From positions 6,319 to 70,318 of the forward strand of contig CACHMF010000001.1 in NCBI GenBank assembly GCA_902580855.1: DNA of 64,000 bases. Direction: 5' to 3'. Shown one piece after another: positions 1 to 8,831 of the stretch. The notes below the pieces were generated by a model that was given only the letters and a program-made list of their open reading frames with translations, did no database searches and was not told the origin of the DNA. The stretch comes from an uncultured Bacteroidota bacterium (GTDB taxonomy: Bacteria > Bacteroidota > Bacteroidia > Flavobacteriales > UBA7312). Each line of letters starts with the position of its first letter. Position 1 is the first letter of the stretch. The position numbers and the translations under genes were made by a program.

Positions 1-6
1 CAACAA

Positions 7-36
7 ATGCCCTTCCAAATAGAAGGGCATTTTTTA
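7..36 (+). terminator. Rho-independent terminator hairpin at the window edge
   Basis: ATGCCCTTC (7-15) pairs with GAAGGGCAT (22-30) across a 6-nt loop and is followed by TTTTT (31-35). It probably ends a + strand gene left of the window and lies just 3' of the - strand tRNA. Confidence 0.6.
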
Positions 37-44
37 TAAAAAAG

Positions 45-119
45 GGTGGAAGATGGGATTCGAACCCACGGCCTCCGGAACCACAATCCGGCGCTCTAAC
101 CAACTGAGCTACAACCACC
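45..119 (-). tRNA. tRNA-His (anticodon GTG) with encoded G-1; CCA not encoded
   Basis: The reverse complement folds as a cloverleaf: D stem GCTC/GAGC, anticodon stem CCGGA/TCCGG with loop TTGTGGT, variable AGGCC, T arm GTGGG-TTCGAAT-CCCAT. An extra 5' G faces C73, as is typical for tRNA-His. The acceptor stem has two T:T mismatches (see findings). Confidence 0.85.
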
Positions 120-130
120 ATTTGAGCGCG

Positions 131-138
131 CAAATATA
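131..138 (-). promoter_or_regulatory. Bacteroidota-type -7 box (TATATTTG) upstream of tRNA-His
   Basis: Exact TAnnTTTG on the - strand, 11 nt upstream of the tRNA 5' end. Confidence 0.45.
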
Positions 139-184
139 TAACTTTTACTAGCATCTGCACAATAAATTTATAGTTTAAAACTCC

Positions 185-192
185 TAAATTTG
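185..192 (+). promoter_or_regulatory. Possible -7 box (TAAATTTG) for the P-type ATPase gene
   Basis: Exact TAnnTTTG only 8 nt before the ATG at 201, which would imply a leaderless or very short-leader mRNA. Confidence 0.3.
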
Positions 193-200
193 TAGATCAT

Positions 201-2312
201 ATGAGCAAAAAACTAACAAATACAATACTGCATATAAAAGGAATGACTTGTGCCAACTGCGCTGCTGGTATTCAAAAACACCTAAATAGTAAAGGACTGC
301 ATAGAAGCAATGTGAGTTTTGCTAATGCAGAAGCATCAATTTATCATTCGGGAAATTGGGATGTTAATTCCTTGATTAAAGAGATAGAATCGATAGGGTT
401 TAAAGCTAGTAGTGAGGCTGTTCAGAAAAATGATGATCTTGTAGAAAAACTATTCGGTATTTGTTTACTTTTTACCATACCCTTGTTTGCACACATGTTT
501 TTAGCGCATGACCACTTTTTACAAAACCCTTTATTACAAATTTTCCTTTGCCTGCCTGTTTACATCATAGGGATAATGTATTTTGGAAAAAGTGCGATTA
601 ACTCATTAAAAGTTGGTATGCCAAATATGGATGTGCTCATTATTCTGGGAACTACAGCTGCGTTTGTGTATAGCTTAACTGGTACGCTCATGTATTGGGG
701 TACTTTAGAATTACATAAATTTTTATTTTTCGAAACCACTGCTACAATCATCACCTTAGTGTTCTTAGGTAATTTACTTGAACACCGATCCGTTAAACAA
801 ACAACAAGCGCTATACAAGAGTTAACAGCTATGCAAGAGTTAATGGCAACAAGAGAAACAATAAAAGGAGAAACGGAGCAGATACCTTTTAAACATATAC
901 AAAAAGAAGATATTCTAATTGTTAATAGTGGTGATAAAATCCCAACTGATGGAATAATTACAGAGGGTGTAGGGATTTTAGATGAATCTATGCTGACAGG
1001 AGAAAACGAACCAGTGCATAGAGCACAAAAGGATAGGGTTATAGGCGGCACTATTCTAGCGGATGGAAACCTCAAAGTAAAAGCAACATTAGTAGGAAAA
1101 GAAACTGTACTTTCTCAAATTATTGAGATGGTTAAAAAGGCGCAAAACAACAAGCCAAATATTCAACAATTAGGCGATAAAGTAAGCGCATTATTTGTCC
1201 CTATAGTTTTAGCTATTTCTTTATTCACCTTTTTTGTTTCGCATTATGCGTTTAACATTAGTACAGCTGATGCTGTAATGCGTGCTGTAGCAGTACTTGT
1301 TATTTCTTGTCCTTGCGCCATGGGTTTGGCTACACCTACAGCTGTAATGGTGGGATTAGGAAGGGCTGCTAAATCTGGTATTTTAATAAAGGGGGGCAGT
1401 ACTTTAGAAACCTTTGCTCAAGTAAAACACATCTTCTTTGATAAAACAGGAACGCTTACTTCTGGCAATTTCAAAATTGAAAAAATAAATTGTGAAACAG
1501 AAAACTTAAAAGAAATAAAAGAATTATTGTATAGTTTGGAACAGCACTCCTCCCACCCTATTGCCAAATCTATCGTTAAAGAATTAGAAGGGAAAACCAA
1601 CAAAATTCATCTAAATGATATTCAAGAACACAAAGGGAAAGGAATAGAAGGGAAATGGAACAATAATTACTACTATTTAGGATCCTACAATATTGCACAA
1701 GAATTGACAAAAGATAGCTCTCATAGTTTATACTTGCTTAAAAACAACCAGCTTTTCGCAACAATAGATATAGAGGATGAAGTAAAACCAAATACACAAG
1801 AATGTTTACAATCTTTAAAATTAGCTAACCTAAACCCTATTATGCTTAGTGGCGATAAAAAAGAAAAATGTATTGCATTGGCTAATGACCTAGATATTAA
1901 AACAGTTTATTTTGAACAACTTCCACATCAAAAACTACAAAGAATTATTGATTGTAAAAAACAAGGAAATACCGCTATGGTAGGAGATGGAATAAATGAC
2001 GCGCCTGCATTAGCACAAGCCGATATAGGAATATCATTAAGTAATGGAACACAAATAGCTATACAATCTGCACAAATAGTACTTTTAAATGGAAACGATT
2101 TAAGTAAGATATTTGAAGCACTTAAAATCAGTAAACACACGCTTTTAACTATCAAACAAAACTTATTTTGGGCATTTTCCTACAATATTGTAGCCATTCC
2201 TATAGCTGCCATGGGCCTGCTTAACCCTATGTGGGGTGCATTTTTTATGGCATTTTCAGACATTGTAGTTATTGGTAATTCTTTAAGATTGAAAAAGAAA
2301 TCATTGAACTAA
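201..2312 (+). CDS. Heavy-metal (Cu+-type) translocating P1B-type ATPase, CopA-like
   Basis: 703 aa. N-terminal HMA motif GMTCANCAAG, membrane CPC motif (SCPCAMGLATP), phosphorylation site DKTGTLT, SSHPIA and hinge GDGINDAPAL. Confidence 0.9.
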   Translation: MSKKLTNTILHIKGMTCANCAAGIQKHLNSKGLHRSNVSFANAEASIYHSGNWDVNSLIKEIESIGFKASSEAVQKNDDLVEKLFGICLLFTIPLFAHMFLAHDHFLQNPLLQIFLCLPVYIIGIMYFGKSAINSLKVGMPNMDVLIILGTTAAFVYSLTGTLMYWGTLELHKFLFFETTATIITLVFLGNLLEHRSVKQTTSAIQELTAMQELMATRETIKGETEQIPFKHIQKEDILIVNSGDKIPTDGIITEGVGILDESMLTGENEPVHRAQKDRVIGGTILADGNLKVKATLVGKETVLSQIIEMVKKAQNNKPNIQQLGDKVSALFVPIVLAISLFTFFVSHYAFNISTADAVMRAVAVLVISCPCAMGLATPTAVMVGLGRAAKSGILIKGGSTLETFAQVKHIFFDKTGTLTSGNFKIEKINCETENLKEIKELLYSLEQHSSHPIAKSIVKELEGKTNKIHLNDIQEHKGKGIEGKWNNNYYYLGSYNIAQELTKDSSHSLYLLKNNQLFATIDIEDEVKPNTQECLQSLKLANLNPIMLSGDKKEKCIALANDLDIKTVYFEQLPHQKLQRIIDCKKQGNTAMVGDGINDAPALAQADIGISLSNGTQIAIQSAQIVLLNGNDLSKIFEALKISKHTLLTIKQNLFWAFSYNIVAIPIAAMGLLNPMWGAFFMAFSDIVVIGNSLRLKKKSLN

Positions 2313-2314
2313 TT

Positions 2315-3403
2315 GTGACAATTCGTAAATCGCATATTTTGTACATCCCCACTTGGTATCCATCACCAATTGACGTTCAAAGTGGTGTATTTATACAAAA
2401 ACATGCTCAAGCAGCAGCAAGGCACTATAAGATAACCGTACTCTTCGCATACACCGCAAATGAATCATACACAAATTACAAGCAAGATGGCGGTCTTAAA
2501 GAGTTGATTACAACATTTAAAAAATCGCGATTTTCCTTACTCAACAAAGCGAGATTATTTTTGCACTACTTTCAGCAATTCAGAAAAATAAAAGAGGTGG
2601 ATATTATCCATGCTCATGTTTGGAGTAATAAAACACTTTTTGCTTATTTTATATCAATTATCTACAACAAACCACTTTTTATTTCAGAGCATTGGTCGGG
2701 GTACCAACAACATATTGGCTTTATGCAAATAGCCCTTATGAAACTAGTATTTAGGAGAGCAAAAAAGATACTTCCTGTTTCTAATTTTTTAAAAAATCTT
2801 ATGCAAAGAAAAGGTATCAAGGGATCTTTTGAAATCATTGGAAATATTGTTAAAAAACAACAAGCTAAGGTTATAAAAGGAGAAGTTTTTCGATTCTTGA
2901 TAGTTGCGGATCTAAGAGATGAAATCAAAAATATATCTTCTGTAATTCACAGTTTTCAAGAACTAAAAATTAATAACTGCACGCTAAACATAATAGGCGA
3001 CGGACCTGATAAGTCATTACTTCAATCGATGACAAAGAGTAATAATATTCAGTTTTTAGGCCGTATGAAAAATGAAGATGTATTAACTGAAATCGCTCAG
3101 CATCATGCAATTATTATCAACAGCCGGATTGAAACTTTTTCTGTTGTTGCTTTAGAGGCTTTAGCAGCCGGAAAACCTCTTATTTATACCCAATGTGGCG
3201 GCCCGACAGAACTTATTCCTTCAAATTCTGGCTTCTCAATACCCATTGACAACAAAAAGAAATTGAAATCTGCTATCCTTAAAATGATTAACGATTATCA
3301 ACGGTTTGATCCAATTAAATTACAACAATCTGTTAACGACTTCTCAGAAGAAGAAATCAGTAACAGACTTAAACAGACATACAGCTCTATTTTAAAGCTG
3401 TAA
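2315..3403 (+). CDS. Glycosyltransferase family 4 (GT-B fold)
   Basis: 362 aa. GTG start 2 nt after the ATPase stop. C-terminal GT4-like core (NIIGDGPD..., ETFSVVALEALAAGKPLIYT). Confidence 0.75.
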   Translation: MTIRKSHILYIPTWYPSPIDVQSGVFIQKHAQAAARHYKITVLFAYTANESYTNYKQDGGLKELITTFKKSRFSLLNKARLFLHYFQQFRKIKEVDIIHAHVWSNKTLFAYFISIIYNKPLFISEHWSGYQQHIGFMQIALMKLVFRRAKKILPVSNFLKNLMQRKGIKGSFEIIGNIVKKQQAKVIKGEVFRFLIVADLRDEIKNISSVIHSFQELKINNCTLNIIGDGPDKSLLQSMTKSNNIQFLGRMKNEDVLTEIAQHHAIIINSRIETFSVVALEALAAGKPLIYTQCGGPTELIPSNSGFSIPIDNKKKLKSAILKMINDYQRFDPIKLQQSVNDFSEEEISNRLKQTYSSILKL

Positions 3404-3490
3404 GAAATTAATCTTTATGAGTAAAAAATGTCTTTATTTTACTAAATTGCAAACCGAAATTCTAGAAATTCTAATTAACTATTCAAAACA

Positions 3491-5389
3491 ATGAAGAAAA
3501 TTTTACTATCGGTTTGTGTAGTAGCGATGGGATTAACTGTTACTGCGCAACAATTAAAAACGAACGGATATCTTCCATCGAACGCTCCAATATTGAAAGA
3601 AGCGTCTAATGAAATTGTGAAACCAATCACACCTTCCTTACGTTCGGCTGCGACTACTATCTTCTCTGAAGATTTTGATGGTGGTGCTGGTCAGTTTACA
3701 ATCTTTACAGATCCAGGAAGCCCTGTAAGTTGGGAACACACAACCGTAGGAATGGTAGGAGCATATCCTTCTCCGGCACTACAATCTACAACAGCTGGAA
3801 ACGGATGGATGAAAGCAGATTCCGATGCTTTTGGTTCACAAGGGGGTGCGCAAGAATACACTGAATTAATCTCTCCTATTATTGATTGCTCAATGTATCC
3901 AAATGTTGTTCTACAGTTTGAACAACAATTCAGAAGATGGCAAGCAGATACATGTATCGTTATGACCTCTAATGATGGCGGAGCAACATGGACCGGCAAA
4001 CACTATATTAACTCAACTATTGATGCAAATGGTAATTGGGTTGCAACGATTGATCAGTCTGGAACTGATAATCCTGATTTAAAACAAGTAAATCTTTCCA
4101 ATGATATTGGTGGTTCTGATTCTGCAATGTTTAAATTCGTTTGGCAAGGAATTTGGGACTACGGATGGCAAATTGATGATGTTACACTTATGGAACAACC
4201 AAACAACGATTTGAATCTACAGGCAGTTGCTCTAAATATGTCATCAAATGCTGGTGGTGGAACCAATCAATGGAGAGATTTTTATGGACATGTTCCATCA
4301 AATCAAGTCACAGATGCTGAGTTTGGTTTTCAGGTGAATAATTTTGGAGTAGCTGGACAACCTAATGTAACCACAACCGTTACAACTGGTGCATGGACAG
4401 ATTCAGAAAGCCATGGTCTAATTAGCCCTGATAGCACTTTTGTTGTTTATCATGCAAATCAATACATGCCAACTACAGCTGGACAACATGACTTCCTATT
4501 CGAAGTAAGTTCAGACAGCACTGATGCTACACCAATAAATAATGAAACAACCGTTACTGTATTTGTAACTGATACATTATTTAATGCATTTGGCACAGGT
4601 GATAAGCTTGGATCAATGGGAACTGGTTACTTTACAAATGGTGGCGATGATGGCTTTAAAATGGCTAATATGTATGAAATTGAAGTAGCTGATGAATTAA
4701 CATCTGTAACACTTGGCCTAAGAACAAATGGTGCAACTGTTGCAGGTGGTATGGTTCAAGTGACTGTTTTTGATACTACTGGCTTTTTCTCAGCTGGAAT
4801 TGAAACACCTATTCTTTATTCTGATTTTTACTTCATTAGTGGAGCGGATACAACATCTGGTTTTGCGAATATTCCAATACCAACTTCATACCTAGGCACT
4901 CCACAAGATAGAAATTTATCTCCAGGAGCGTATTTTATTGCTATTGAATGCTACAATAATGCTGGAGCTAATGATATTGTTGTATTTGATGATAAAACAT
5001 TTCCAAGAGGAGCTTGGTCAAGTATGGTTTATATTACCGGAGAACAATGGTATACAAACGGAGATGCATTCTGGATTTCTGCTAACTTTGGCACATGGAC
5101 ACCAAGTTCAACCAACGTAGAAGAATTAGTAGTTAGCGGACACAATGCTTATCCTAACCCTACAACTGGTTTAGTAGAATTAACTTACAATTTAATGGAA
5201 AAAGGAAATACTAACATCATTGTAAGAGATATTACTGGTAAAATAGTAATCGAGAAAAACGAAGGATCACTTTCATTAGGTGCTCACAAATCATTCTTTG
5301 ATTTATCTAAACTTACTGAAGGAATCTATACTTACGAGATAGTAGTAAATAACAATTCTACTTTCGGAAAAGTTGTTTTGACAAAATAG
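3491..5389 (+). CDS. Secreted T9SS cargo protein: MAM / choice-of-anchor-J-like N-terminal domain plus type A T9SS C-terminal sorting domain
   Basis: 632 aa. Signal peptide MKKILLSVCVVAMGLTVTAQ, an FSEDFDGG... beta-sandwich-like module, and a C-terminal tail YPNPTTGLVEL...GIYTYEIVV...GKVVLTK typical of Por_Secre_tail. Confidence 0.8.
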   Translation: MKKILLSVCVVAMGLTVTAQQLKTNGYLPSNAPILKEASNEIVKPITPSLRSAATTIFSEDFDGGAGQFTIFTDPGSPVSWEHTTVGMVGAYPSPALQSTTAGNGWMKADSDAFGSQGGAQEYTELISPIIDCSMYPNVVLQFEQQFRRWQADTCIVMTSNDGGATWTGKHYINSTIDANGNWVATIDQSGTDNPDLKQVNLSNDIGGSDSAMFKFVWQGIWDYGWQIDDVTLMEQPNNDLNLQAVALNMSSNAGGGTNQWRDFYGHVPSNQVTDAEFGFQVNNFGVAGQPNVTTTVTTGAWTDSESHGLISPDSTFVVYHANQYMPTTAGQHDFLFEVSSDSTDATPINNETTVTVFVTDTLFNAFGTGDKLGSMGTGYFTNGGDDGFKMANMYEIEVADELTSVTLGLRTNGATVAGGMVQVTVFDTTGFFSAGIETPILYSDFYFISGADTTSGFANIPIPTSYLGTPQDRNLSPGAYFIAIECYNNAGANDIVVFDDKTFPRGAWSSMVYITGEQWYTNGDAFWISANFGTWTPSSTNVEELVVSGHNAYPNPTTGLVELTYNLMEKGNTNIIVRDITGKIVIEKNEGSLSLGAHKSFFDLSKLTEGIYTYEIVVNNNSTFGKVVLTK

Positions 5390-5410
5390 AATTTTGACTT
5401 TAAAATTTAA

Positions 5411-5442
5411 AAGAGCTCATTTGTTGAGCTCTTTTTTTTTTT
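5411..5442 (+). terminator. Rho-independent terminator
   Basis: GAGCTC (5413-5418) / loop ATTTGTT / GAGCTC (5426-5431) followed by a T11 run. Confidence 0.7.
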
Positions 5443-5472
5443 ATAATTTTGAATAGTCTCAAAAAAAAAAAT

Positions 5473-7515
5473 ATGAAAAGATCTTTACTACTGTTATTGG
5501 GAATTACTGCGTTACTTAGTGCGAATGCTCAATATTCTAATTCTCATCTATTACACAACAATTATTCAATCAAAGTAAATGAGTTGGAAAAAATAAAACC
5601 ACTTAATCCATTTGCTAATCAAACAACAACTATCCAAAGAAACATAATCTGGTCTGAAGACTTCTCTAATGGAATTCCTAATAATTGGACCTTTGGAGGA
5701 TATTATACTAACAGTTCTTCTGTTCAAATTCCTTTTCCTGATATGACACAAAATCCACCTATTTATGGATGGGAATACAGAGGGCCAAATACTCAACCTG
5801 ACGTAACAACAGGAACAAGAGGAGCTTATGGTGGTAATGCATTAATTATTTCTCCAACTGCAACAAATGGTTTTATAATTTTTGATTCGGATTATTTAGA
5901 TAATGCAGGAACACAAGGTGCATTTGGTCTCGGTCCTGCACCGACTCCACATGTTGGAACTTTAACAACTGACACTATTGATTGTTCGAATTATCCAAAT
6001 TTACAACTGCAATTAAATAGTTTTCAAAGAAGCTTTTTTGGACAAGCATTTGTTAGTTTCAGTACTGATGCTGGAACAACCTGGCCAGACACTGTTGAAC
6101 TTCATATGCTTGATGTTAATGCAGCAACAGATGAAGATAATGTTGAAAAAATATTGATTAGCGATTTCATTGGAGGCTCTTCTACGGCAATGATTCAATT
6201 TATTTTTGAAGGAGCTACTGCTGGTAATGCTAATGGGACAGGATACTATCATTGGCAAATTGATGATATTGAAATTTCAGAAATTCCACCATATGATCTT
6301 TTAATTTACTCAAATGATTGTTACTTTGACAATAACGACGTAGTTAATGCTACATTAGGAATTGAAATTAGAGATTATTGTGGACAAGTACCTCTTAATC
6401 AAATTGACAGCATAAACTTCGGATTCTATGCAATGAATTGGGGTGCTATGTCACAAAATTTAGAAACATCAATTAATATAAGTAATGCTTCAGGCAGTTC
6501 TTTATACTCAAATACAGAATCTTATGGATTATTAAACCCAGGAGATAGTATGAGTTTATATCATTATAATAAATTTCTTCCTAGTGCCGTTGGAGAGCAT
6601 ATTATAGAATATGAAGTTACAGGTGATTCTGTAGATGCTACACCTTTTGACAATATTTTAGAAAAAGGCTTTATTGTTACTGATACAGTATTTAATCCAT
6701 ACTATCCAAATTCAAACCAAACCGATGTTATTGGAACAGGTCACTTTACTGGAGGAGATGATGGATTTAAAATGGCAAACTTAATTTCATTATTAGAGGC
6801 TGATGAAATAACATCAGTTAGAATTGGTCTCAATAGATCACAAACAGATTATTACAATACTGTGCCTGGAGGAATGATTCAAATTTCAATATTTGATACT
6901 TTAGGCTTTTATTCTGCTGGTGTTGAAAATCCAATTATATTTTCTGACTTTTATTTTATTACTGAAGATGATACAGCAAATTTTGAAGCAATTATACCTA
7001 TTCCAACTACATATTTAGGCAATCCTCAGGACAGAAACCTAGCCCCAGGCTCTTATTATGTATGTGTTGAAATGTATAATAACGCTGGAAATAATGACAT
7101 ACGTATTCGTGATGACGAATCAACATTGAGATATCCATGGGAATCTGCAATATTTGTGCCTGGTGAACAATGGTATACAAATGGTAATGCATTTAATATT
7201 GCTGCAAACTTTGGAACTTGGGTTCCAGACAACTCAAGTAGTGTTGAAGAAATTTCAAATTCTAATATAGTTGTTTATCCAAATCCAACTAGTGGAAAGG
7301 TGAAAGTTTCCTTCTCAGTTAATGAATTAGCAAAAGCAAGTATTTCTATAAAAGATATTACAGGAAAAACACTTCAATATATAAATAAAGGAAATTTATC
7401 TACAGGTATTTACACAGAACAAATAGATCTTAGTAATTACAAAAAAGGAATTTATTTTTATGAACTTAGTTTGAGTAACAAAACTTCAAATGGAAAAATC
7501 GTATTAATGAAATAA
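5473..7515 (+). CDS. Secreted T9SS cargo protein, tandem paralog of 3491-5389
   Basis: The ATG at 5473 gives MKRSLLLLLGITALLSANAQ. The ORF-track TTG start at 5449 lies immediately after the upstream terminator T-run (ends 5442). The protein shares long identical runs with the upstream gene (DDGFKMAN, SDFYFI, PQDRNL, GEQWYTNG, ANFGTW) and ends in a type A T9SS tail (YPNPTSGKVKV...GIYFYEL...GKIVLMK). Confidence 0.8.
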   Translation: MKRSLLLLLGITALLSANAQYSNSHLLHNNYSIKVNELEKIKPLNPFANQTTTIQRNIIWSEDFSNGIPNNWTFGGYYTNSSSVQIPFPDMTQNPPIYGWEYRGPNTQPDVTTGTRGAYGGNALIISPTATNGFIIFDSDYLDNAGTQGAFGLGPAPTPHVGTLTTDTIDCSNYPNLQLQLNSFQRSFFGQAFVSFSTDAGTTWPDTVELHMLDVNAATDEDNVEKILISDFIGGSSTAMIQFIFEGATAGNANGTGYYHWQIDDIEISEIPPYDLLIYSNDCYFDNNDVVNATLGIEIRDYCGQVPLNQIDSINFGFYAMNWGAMSQNLETSINISNASGSSLYSNTESYGLLNPGDSMSLYHYNKFLPSAVGEHIIEYEVTGDSVDATPFDNILEKGFIVTDTVFNPYYPNSNQTDVIGTGHFTGGDDGFKMANLISLLEADEITSVRIGLNRSQTDYYNTVPGGMIQISIFDTLGFYSAGVENPIIFSDFYFITEDDTANFEAIIPIPTTYLGNPQDRNLAPGSYYVCVEMYNNAGNNDIRIRDDESTLRYPWESAIFVPGEQWYTNGNAFNIAANFGTWVPDNSSSVEEISNSNIVVYPNPTSGKVKVSFSVNELAKASISIKDITGKTLQYINKGNLSTGIYTEQIDLSNYKKGIYFYELSLSNKTSNGKIVLMK

Positions 7516-7535
7516 GTTGTTAATATATATTACGA

Positions 7536-7566
7536 GAAAAAGCCACTTATATAGTGGCTTTTTTAT
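7536..7566. terminator. Bidirectional intrinsic terminator between convergent genes
   Basis: AAGCCACT (7540-7547) / loop TATAT / AGTGGCTT (7553-7560), flanked by an A-run upstream and a T-run downstream. Confidence 0.7.
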
Positions 7567-7575
7567 ATTTTATGA

Positions 7576-8283
7576 TTAGCTTAAGTCATCTAGTAAATTT
7601 AGAACAGGCAACTTTTCAACTGTAAAGCCTTCAGCATAATCAACACCTGAAAGACGACCTAAATCAGCGGCTCTGTAACGAATACTATCTAAAAAACCTT
7701 GAGATGAAATAATAGTATGTGGTTCTTGAGACTTAGGATTGTAAAACTGAGAAGAGAATGCTTTGACAGCTAATATCTTTTGTTCCATAAAATCAGAAAC
7801 ATCAATTACAAAATCTGGATCAATATTTTTAAACTGTATGTAATGATATACTAATTTTGGTCTCCATGCATGCTGTCCAGTTTCAATCTTTCTTAATCCA
7901 GCTAAAAAACATGAAGCAGAAGTGAGTTCTGAAGCTTTTGAATGATCTGGGTGTCTATCACAAACAGCATTACATAAAACAATATCTGGCTGATATTTTC
8001 TTATCACCTTAATTAGTTCTAATTGATGTGCTTCATCATTAGTAAAAAACCCGTCTTTGAAGTTCATGTTTTTACGAAGTTCAACACCTAAAATATCAGC
8101 AGATTTTTCTGCTTCTAAATCACGAATCTCAGCACTTCCTCGAGTACCTAGCTCACCTCTAGTCAAGTCAACTACACCAACCTTTTTACCTATAGCTACG
8201 TGTTTGGCTATTGTTGCTCCACATCCTAATTCCACATCATCTGGGTGAGCGCCAAAAGCAAGTATGTCTAATTTTGTAGCCAT
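7576..8283 (-). CDS. bshB1: LmbE/PIG-L family deacetylase, bacillithiol biosynthesis deacetylase BshB1-like
   Basis: 235 aa. N-terminal AHPDDVELGCG metal-binding motif and HPDH. Confidence 0.75.
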   Translation of the reverse strand: MATKLDILAFGAHPDDVELGCGATIAKHVAIGKKVGVVDLTRGELGTRGSAEIRDLEAEKSADILGVELRKNMNFKDGFFTNDEAHQLELIKVIRKYQPDIVLCNAVCDRHPDHSKASELTSASCFLAGLRKIETGQHAWRPKLVYHYIQFKNIDPDFVIDVSDFMEQKILAVKAFSSQFYNPKSQEPHTIISSQGFLDSIRYRAADLGRLSGVDYAEGFTVEKLPVLNLLDDLS

Positions 8284-8831
8284 TTGATTACTTTTTCTGA
8301 TTTAGGACTAGTTGTAGGTAATAAATAATCAACCCAATTTCCCTCCTCATCAACTAAGAATTTTTGAAAATTCCATTTAACAGAAACAGTTTTCTGATCA
8401 TTTAATTCTTTGTTACATAACCACTGATAAATTGGATGTTGATCTTTTCCTTTAACTGATATCTTTTCAAACATTTTGAAAGACACTCCAAATTGAGCAT
8501 CACAAAAGGCCTTAATTTGTTTTTCTGTTCCCGGTTCCTGAGAACCAAAATTGTTTGCAGGAAATGCTAATATTTCAAAATTTTCTCCTCCATATTCAGA
8601 ATATAAAGCCTGTAATTCTTTATACTGAGGTGTTAAGCCACATTGAGAAGCAACATTTACGATTAATATTTTTTTTCCTTTTAATGACGATAAATCAAAT
8701 GGATTACCATCTATTGTATTTACCTCATGTTCATAAAATGATCTTTTATTCATATCAATATTAGATTTTTTAGAAATTATTGTGAAACTAAAAAATAATC
8801 CGATGAAAAGAGTTAAAATAATATACTTCAT
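8268..8831 (-). CDS. Glutathione peroxidase family protein (Cys-type)
   Basis: 187 aa. N-terminal hydrophobic segment followed by NVASQCGLT, FPANNFGSQEP and WNFQKFLV signatures. Overlaps the bshB1 start by 16 nt. Confidence 0.85.
   Translation of the reverse strand: MKYIILTLFIGLFFSFTIISKKSNIDMNKRSFYEHEVNTIDGNPFDLSSLKGKKILIVNVASQCGLTPQYKELQALYSEYGGENFEILAFPANNFGSQEPGTEKQIKAFCDAQFGVSFKMFEKISVKGKDQHPIYQWLCNKELNDQKTVSVKWNFQKFLVDEEGNWVDYLLPTTSPKSEKVIKWLQN

Noticed and set aside
8268-8831. Possible selenocysteine recoding in the glutathione peroxidase homolog.
   Set aside because: The active-site residue is an ordinary Cys codon (VASQCGLT). The ORF has no in-frame TGA and no SECIS-like hairpin is needed.
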